A stretch of 64,000 nucleotides of DNA, from NCBI GenBank assembly GCA_964016885.1, contig OZ024747.1, positions 58,404,001 to 58,468,000 of the forward strand. Direction: 5' to 3'. Below the pieces are notes generated by a model. It saw only the letters and a list, made by a program, of their open reading frames with translations, searched no databases and had not been told where the DNA came from. A program made the position numbers and the translations under genes. Position 1 is the stretch's first letter. Each line of letters starts with the position of its first letter. Source of the stretch: Eledone cirrhosa. Lineage: Eukaryota. Shown piece by piece: positions 57,500 through 64,000 of this stretch.

Positions 57500-57927
57500 G
57501 TATGTCATACATACATATATACATAAATACATACATACATCATACATATATGCATAGATATATACATACATATATATACATATATACATACATATATATA
57601 TATATACATATACATACATATATATATGCATACATACTTACATACTTACATATGTATGAGTCCACAAGTGTTGTTGTTTTATGTTTGTTTATTATATGTA
57701 TGCTCAGTCTGTGTGTGTGTGTGTGTGTGTGTTTCTTCTTGTATGTAATGTATGCATGTTTGTGTGCATGGGTAGTATGTAACTGTGTATGTCTGCATGT
57801 ATTCACCATGTATTCGCTTCATTTGATTTTCTTACGTTTTTATATTTCCTGTGTTGATGATAATGGTGATCCTGGTGATATTGATGACGCTAGTGATGGA
57901 GACGTTGTGATGTTGATTATTAATTGA

Positions 57928-58215
57928 AGCCCTCCGCCGGTTACAACGACGAGTGCTTCAGTTGATCCGATCATCAAAGCAGCCTGCTTGTGAAATTAAC
58001 GTGCATTTGGCTGAACATTCCAAAGACACACGTACCCTTAACTTATTTCTCAGGAAGATTCAGCGAGACAGAGAAGTCTGGTTCTACAAATTACAAGCAC
58101 AACTCATTTTTGACAGCTGAGAGGACTGAAGCAATCGACTCCACTGTGCGCCGCTGAGTATCGAAATGGTGACCCTACAATTGTAAGCCGAATACATTAA
58201 CCAAAAAGCCACACA
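57928..58215 (-). mobile_element. tRNA-derived SINE, second family
   Basis: Minus strand starts gtggc..tggttaatgtattcggcttacaattgtagggtc..ttcgatac (tRNA-like) and ends gcacgttaatttcacaagcaggctg...gatcggatcaactg...gtaaccggcggag, resembling an abundant cephalopod SINE (from recall). Confidence 0.65.
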
Positions 58216-58229
58216 GTGTTGATAGATTT

Positions 58230-59210
58230 ACAATGATGTTGGTGGTCGAAATGTTATTGATGATTATGACATTGGTAATTATGGTATTGATTACGGCGTT
58301 TATGTTAATAATTGTGACGTTTATGTTTGTGATGATGATTATCTGGGTGCAGGTTGTGGTCGTTGTTGCGGTGTGATCACAGTGCTAATTAAATTATGGT
58401 AGTTCAGGTATTGGTGGGGTAGCTGCTAATGTTGGTAATGTATGTTGTGAGATTGTTTCCGTAGAAAGGACTGGGGCAGATGTATGGTTAAATGACGAAA
58501 AAAAAAAGTACAAGGAGTAATAGTGAGAGGTGAAAATCTATGCAGGAAGTGACGACACGTGTGAGAAATGATATGCAATATCGTGACATGTTGAATTTAT
58601 GATGACACTGATGTGTGATGATAACAAGGATAAATATTGTAATGATAAGGTTGGTGGTGGTGATGAAGATAACGGCCTGGATGTTGGTGATGATGATGAT
58701 GATGATGATGATGATGGTGTTGATGATGTTGATCTTCAGGAGGAGGGTGGTAATGCTGATGAAGATAATGGCATAGATGATGACGATAATCAAGCTGATA
58801 GTGTTACTGGTGGTGTTGCTGGTGCTGAGGATGATAATGATAGTGATGGTATTCATTGGTATGAGGTTGGTGGAGTCATGATGATTATTATGGTGGGGAT
58901 GATGACGAGAGTGTTCATGTGAATGGCAATAAAGATATTGATAACGATGGTGATAATGTTTGTGATAGTGATGACGATGATGTTGGTTATGTTTGTGTTG
59001 GTCATCATGACGATGATAATATTAATGTTGTGGGTGATGGTGATGGGCATGACGCTAATGCTTGCCATGGAAATACTGATGCTGTTGGTGATGATGATGA
59101 TGACAGTTTCTAGAACGATAATGAATGTAATGATGTTATTGGTAAAGTTGTTGATTGTGATGATGATGATAGTAGCGATAACTTTAACGAGAGCGGTGAT
59201 TATGATGTTA
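58230..59210. repeat. Degenerate (GAT/GGT)n low-complexity tract
   Basis: Cryptic trinucleotide repeat giving Asp-, Met- and Ile-rich spurious ORFs in several frames. Confidence 0.8.
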
Positions 59211-60339
59211 GTTAAGTGCTCACGTTACAACTAAAACTTATCCATTACTGTAAGCAGAGTGGAGTTCTTATCATTATTTAATGCAGATGTGATGTGTACA
59301 ATATATTATTGTTGTCTGCTCTTTGTTTTTTCTCCTCAGATCCATTTAATCGGGTGACTTGACTTATTACAGAGTTGTTCTGGGTTAAATACTGATTAAG
59401 AAAAATGGCTGCTTTTGTAGCGTCTCTGATATCATGGGAGATAACTTTGTTAAAGCTACAATGGCAACGGTTGATCTTGTTTTGATTTTTTCTTTTATAC
59501 TTAGAAATTTTTTTCATATCTATGATCGACACAGTTAACGAATTCAGACATTAATTTCGTGTTCAGGATTGTGCATATGTGTGCATGTCTGAAATGTGTG
59601 TATGTGTGTGTTTTTGTGTATGTGCATATGTGCCTGCCTGACAACGTGTGTTTGCGTATGTTTTCTCTTTCACTGGATAATTCGCTAATTTGCTTTAGAA
59701 TCGGGACACTCTAATATACATGCTAGCGGCCAACAAGTCATTAGATTGATGGTTCGTATATAGACACCACTATACTTTCATGTCGATTGTAAGACTATTG
59801 AAGTGCTCACATTTCGTAATCCAATTTAATGTAAATCGAATCAGCACAGTTAAAATGGTCGCCTACGAAAGCAGCTTTAAAAGAATATATTTAACACAAA
59901 TGCCTTGTTAACTTGCAATATTGATTTTAAATAGTTCTTTAGGATTACCGCAAAGAGATTGCATCATGTTAAAAGTCAACGCTATTTTAATAGGTAGCAT
60001 ATTTTAATTGTGTTTCGTCAATTTAATCTGTTATGGCAATAGTAATGTTACTTAATGCACCGCGTATATTCCATAGATTATCATTTCTGATTATCCACTA
60101 AACATTTTGAAATTCTATGATCCAATATAGTACCAATCAGCCACAGTGATCGATTGTTACCTCATAAAATTTGCGGCACCCATGCACTTCCTATAATTTA
60201 TTATCAATTGAAATGTTAAAAGCAAGATATAATATAATGATCAACGATTCAGTAAATCGAATTTGATACATTTCTCGCTGTTAACATTTGGATTGGGAGC
60301 ATAAGTGGAATATCGGACAACATGGTTTATTACATAAAA

Positions 60340-60475
60340 TTACGGCCCTTTATTATCTGAGTTCAAATCATGTCGAGGTTAACTTTGCCTTTAATCCTTA
60401 CGGCGTCGATAAAAGGAAATACAAGTAACTTTTCCTTTCCCCCAAATTGTTGATCTTGTGCCTAAATCAGATACC
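60340..60475 (+). mobile_element. Diverged SINE family 1 copy
   Basis: ttacggcccttt...ctgagttcaaatc...gaggttaactttgccttt..cttacgg.gtcgataa. Confidence 0.75.
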
Positions 60476-61290
60476 AATATTTGTTGCTATTTTTGATATA
60501 TTTACTGTGTAACCGAGCTATTGGCCTATTGAGGTGATCAGACATGTAAATATATATACAAAACTAGATTGATCAATGCATCATAAGTTTTATTAAAATT
60601 GTGAGGATCATTCAAAGAATTTGGCAGTTACTTCCAGCAGTTTGAACTAAAACGTAAATGCTTCATCATTGTGTGGTCTTATATATATTTGTTGTGTCAG
60701 GCGTATCATCAGGTCAACTTAGATCAGGTTTATAATTAAATATACTCCAATCTCAAACTACTGTCATTTCTCAGACACAGATTATTGAAGAATATATTAT
60801 TTCATGGGTCCATTTAAAAAAAGAGTTCAGGTTGTGATTTGAGGAGATAAAATTACTATTTCTCATAAAGGCTGATGCAATGATTATTTCTTGAATTTAT
60901 TAGAATTAAAATAAAAATCATTGCGAACAAGGGTTGAACTCAGAATATATAATTGATATACAGATCTATTGAATTGCAAATAGTCTGTCCCTCAACCCTT
61001 TCAATCATTCACTTCTAAGAAGACTGTTTATCTTTAAATGCATCATATTTTTTATATATATATAAATGAAAACATTTTCAATTTAAATTACGTTGATATT
61101 TCAAAACATTCTTTTAAATTTAATAAAACCTTAAAAAAAGGTAAAACCATTTAAAAAAAAGGTAAAACATGAAGAAAAAAATCGTAAAACATTTAAAAAA
61201 ACAGTAAAGTATAGAAACAAAATAAAACATATCAACGAAGCAAACGAAACGAACCTATCGAAAAATACTCTTAAAATTATTTCAAGAAAG

Positions 61291-61327
61291 TCCCTGAAGA
61301 TAAACTCTGTGTATTGAAATATTTGGA
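61291..61327 (+). ncRNA. Candidate minimal hammerhead
   Basis: UCC-CUGAAGA-U AaAC ucugu GUaU U-GAAA UAU U-U-GGA; weak stem II. Confidence 0.45.
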
Positions 61328-61699
61328 TGCAAAGTTTCTTAGAATGACAAGTTCATATGTTTTGTTTTGCATATATAATCTTCTCAGTTTCATATAACTG
61401 AGAACAATCACTCATGTTGACACTCACAGTGACATTGTACTATAACAATCTTTATATATTTTGTCATTTAACAAACTGAAAAAAATACTTTCTCTGCTTT
61501 TGTTATTAATTTGGATTAGCAATTGAAAATCCTTTTTTTTGTCCTTCACTTGCTCGTCTTTCTTCATTTGTTTTACTCTGTGTGCTTGTGTTCCTATGAA
61601 TTTATTCATTTATATATGCGTATATTTGTTTGTGTATACGAATATCTATGGTATGTTTGGATGTATTTTTGTGTCATGTTTTCCGTATTTCTGTTTCTT

Positions 61700-61763
<64 letters not shown>

Positions 61764-62322
61764 GTTTCAATATATATCCATGCTATGTTTGTAATGTTTG
61801 GATGTATTTTTGTGTTATGTTTTTCGTATTTCTGTTTCTTTATATATATATATATATATATATATATTTCATATGTAACTGTTTCAATATATATATCCAT
61901 ACTATGTTTGTATTCTTTGTTTTTGTTTGGCTGTGTGCGTATCTGTGCGTCTTCTCTATGTGTATTTCACCTTTCTGAACATATTTTCCTTCTGCGTGCA
62001 TCTAGAGATGTGTATGATAGTATGAAGGTATGAAGGTGTCAGTGTTTATGTACTTATGCTTGTATTTGTATGTTAATATTTGCATACACACGTATATGTG
62101 TTTGTGATACTGAGACAATGAGAAAGAAATGTCTATCCGATTAATTAGACAGCTTGTTGTCTCTGATGACAGGTAGTCATATGCTCTGCTTTCCTTTTGT
62201 TTAGGTGTTTTCAACATAAAAACGTACAGCTCCTGAAAAGCTAGGTTTTGCTAATCATAAACCGTCTACACAATTTCAGTTTTCTCTTCTAAAATTCACA
62301 CATACACACGGTTTTATAACCA

Positions 62323-62467
<145 letters not shown>

Positions 62468-62589
62468 TATATATATATATATATAATTGTAATTTCATAT
62501 ACTATTTATATACATTCACAAGCACCCATATAAATACACAAGCACGCATACACACACACACATGTAATATATATGTGTGTGTGTATGTA

Positions 62590-62626
<37 letters not shown>

Positions 62627-62629
<3 letters not shown>

Positions 62630-62770
62630 TATTGTACACCTCAACAACATGTGTACTCGTCTTTACCACACTAATTCGGAGTGCCTAAACAGGTCACAAC
62701 CAAAGATGACTGTCACCGAAATAAATATAGCGGTAATAAACGAAGCCAAATTTTTATTTTATTTTACATT
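62627..62770 (+). mobile_element. Diverged copy of the 13525-13690 pLTR segment
   Basis: acacctcaacaacat.tgtact.gtct...aggtcaca.ccaaagatg.ctgtcac.gaaata.atatagc.gtaataaacgaagc is shared. Confidence 0.75.
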
Positions 62771-62857
62771 ACTCCGGAGTAACCAAACCAAGCTGCGCAC
62801 TTCGTCGAGTGCTCCAATCTGCATTTTGAGGTGTTGGTATACAACCAACATATACTA

Positions 62858-62940
<83 letters not shown>

Positions 62941-62973
62941 CATATATATATAAACATGAATATATGTACATGA

Positions 62974-63121
<148 letters not shown>

Positions 63122-63243
63122 TTATATATATATAACTTTCATTACATATATTACATATATACACTCCCACATACACAACCACGCACACATACAGATATGT
63201 AGTATATATATGTGTGTGTGTGTGTATGTAACTACATTATATA

Positions 63244-63358
<115 letters not shown>

Positions 63359-63385
63359 TAGTTTTGAATCAACAGTCCTATTGCC

Positions 63386-63460
63386 AAAAGTACATGTTCT
63401 AGTACGTTTTCAGAGACACTATATTCCCGAGTACGTTATTCAGTGTGGTCTTCATCTTTT
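63386..63460 (-). ncRNA. Degenerate hammerhead-like motif
   Basis: aaag-ATGAAGA-..ACACT...AGTGT..-GAAAAC...GT-A-cttt. Confidence 0.3.
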
Positions 63461-63677
63461 CCATGTCAGTGTATGATAGTTTCAGGAGCTATGGTCGCTA
63501 TGTTGATGAAGTAATACAAGCGTACAAGCGGGTAGAGGCGTTCTCGTTCACTAGTTATAGGGACCTTAAACTGGCAGATGTTCAAGAAATCTATTGAACA
63601 GCAAAGAGTTAGAGGAGATTGAATTGACTCATTACTACATGTTATATTGCCTCTCCTTCTCTCTCTTCCACTCTCAG

Positions 63678-63811
<134 letters not shown>

Positions 63812-64000
63812 CGTATATACATGTATATATACATATACATGTATATATACATATGTATATAGATGAATATGTATATGTATCGTAGATTGAATTGACTCAT
63901 GTCTGCAGGTTATATTACCAATTATAATGAGATGAAAGTTGAAGTCAAACACAGTGATATTTGATTGTAAAAGGCACAAGTATGATGATACTGGTTCTGA

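Noticed and set aside
58488-59234. Asp-rich and Met/Ile-rich ORFs suggesting an acidic protein
   Set aside because: Degenerate (GAT)n tract open in several frames on both strands, with no splice or domain support.
59278-59532. 84-aa minus ORF and a strong plus-strand acceptor near 59339
   Set aside because: No recognisable domain, and all three plus frames stop shortly after the acceptor.

Overview
Very AT-rich eukaryotic (animal) DNA with no intact protein-coding gene that I can support. The dense (TA)n/(CA)n/(GA)n microsatellites and the SINE families suggest a cephalopod, probably Octopus (inference from recall, not a database match). Almost all ORFs in the supplied track are microsatellite artefacts ([12 protein letters not shown]). 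The window holds a disrupted Penelope-like element (PLE) of Naiad type (RT plus GIY-YIG, 27161-28671), two further PLE GIY-YIG remnants, about 12 tRNA-derived SINE copies, two non-autonomous Helitrons, a hAT MITE, a mariner remnant, LINE fragments and a diverged 5S rRNA copy fused to a SINE-like tail. The most striking signal is a dense set of short PLE pseudo-LTR fragments inserted in (TA)n tracts. They carry type I hammerhead ribozyme (HHR) motifs from about ten distinct families. Several families have non-canonical cores repeated across copies (UUGANAA, CAGAAGA, CCGAAGA). Many sit in fold-back palindromes whose inversion point lies at or inside the ribozyme. All folds were done by eye and none is tested.
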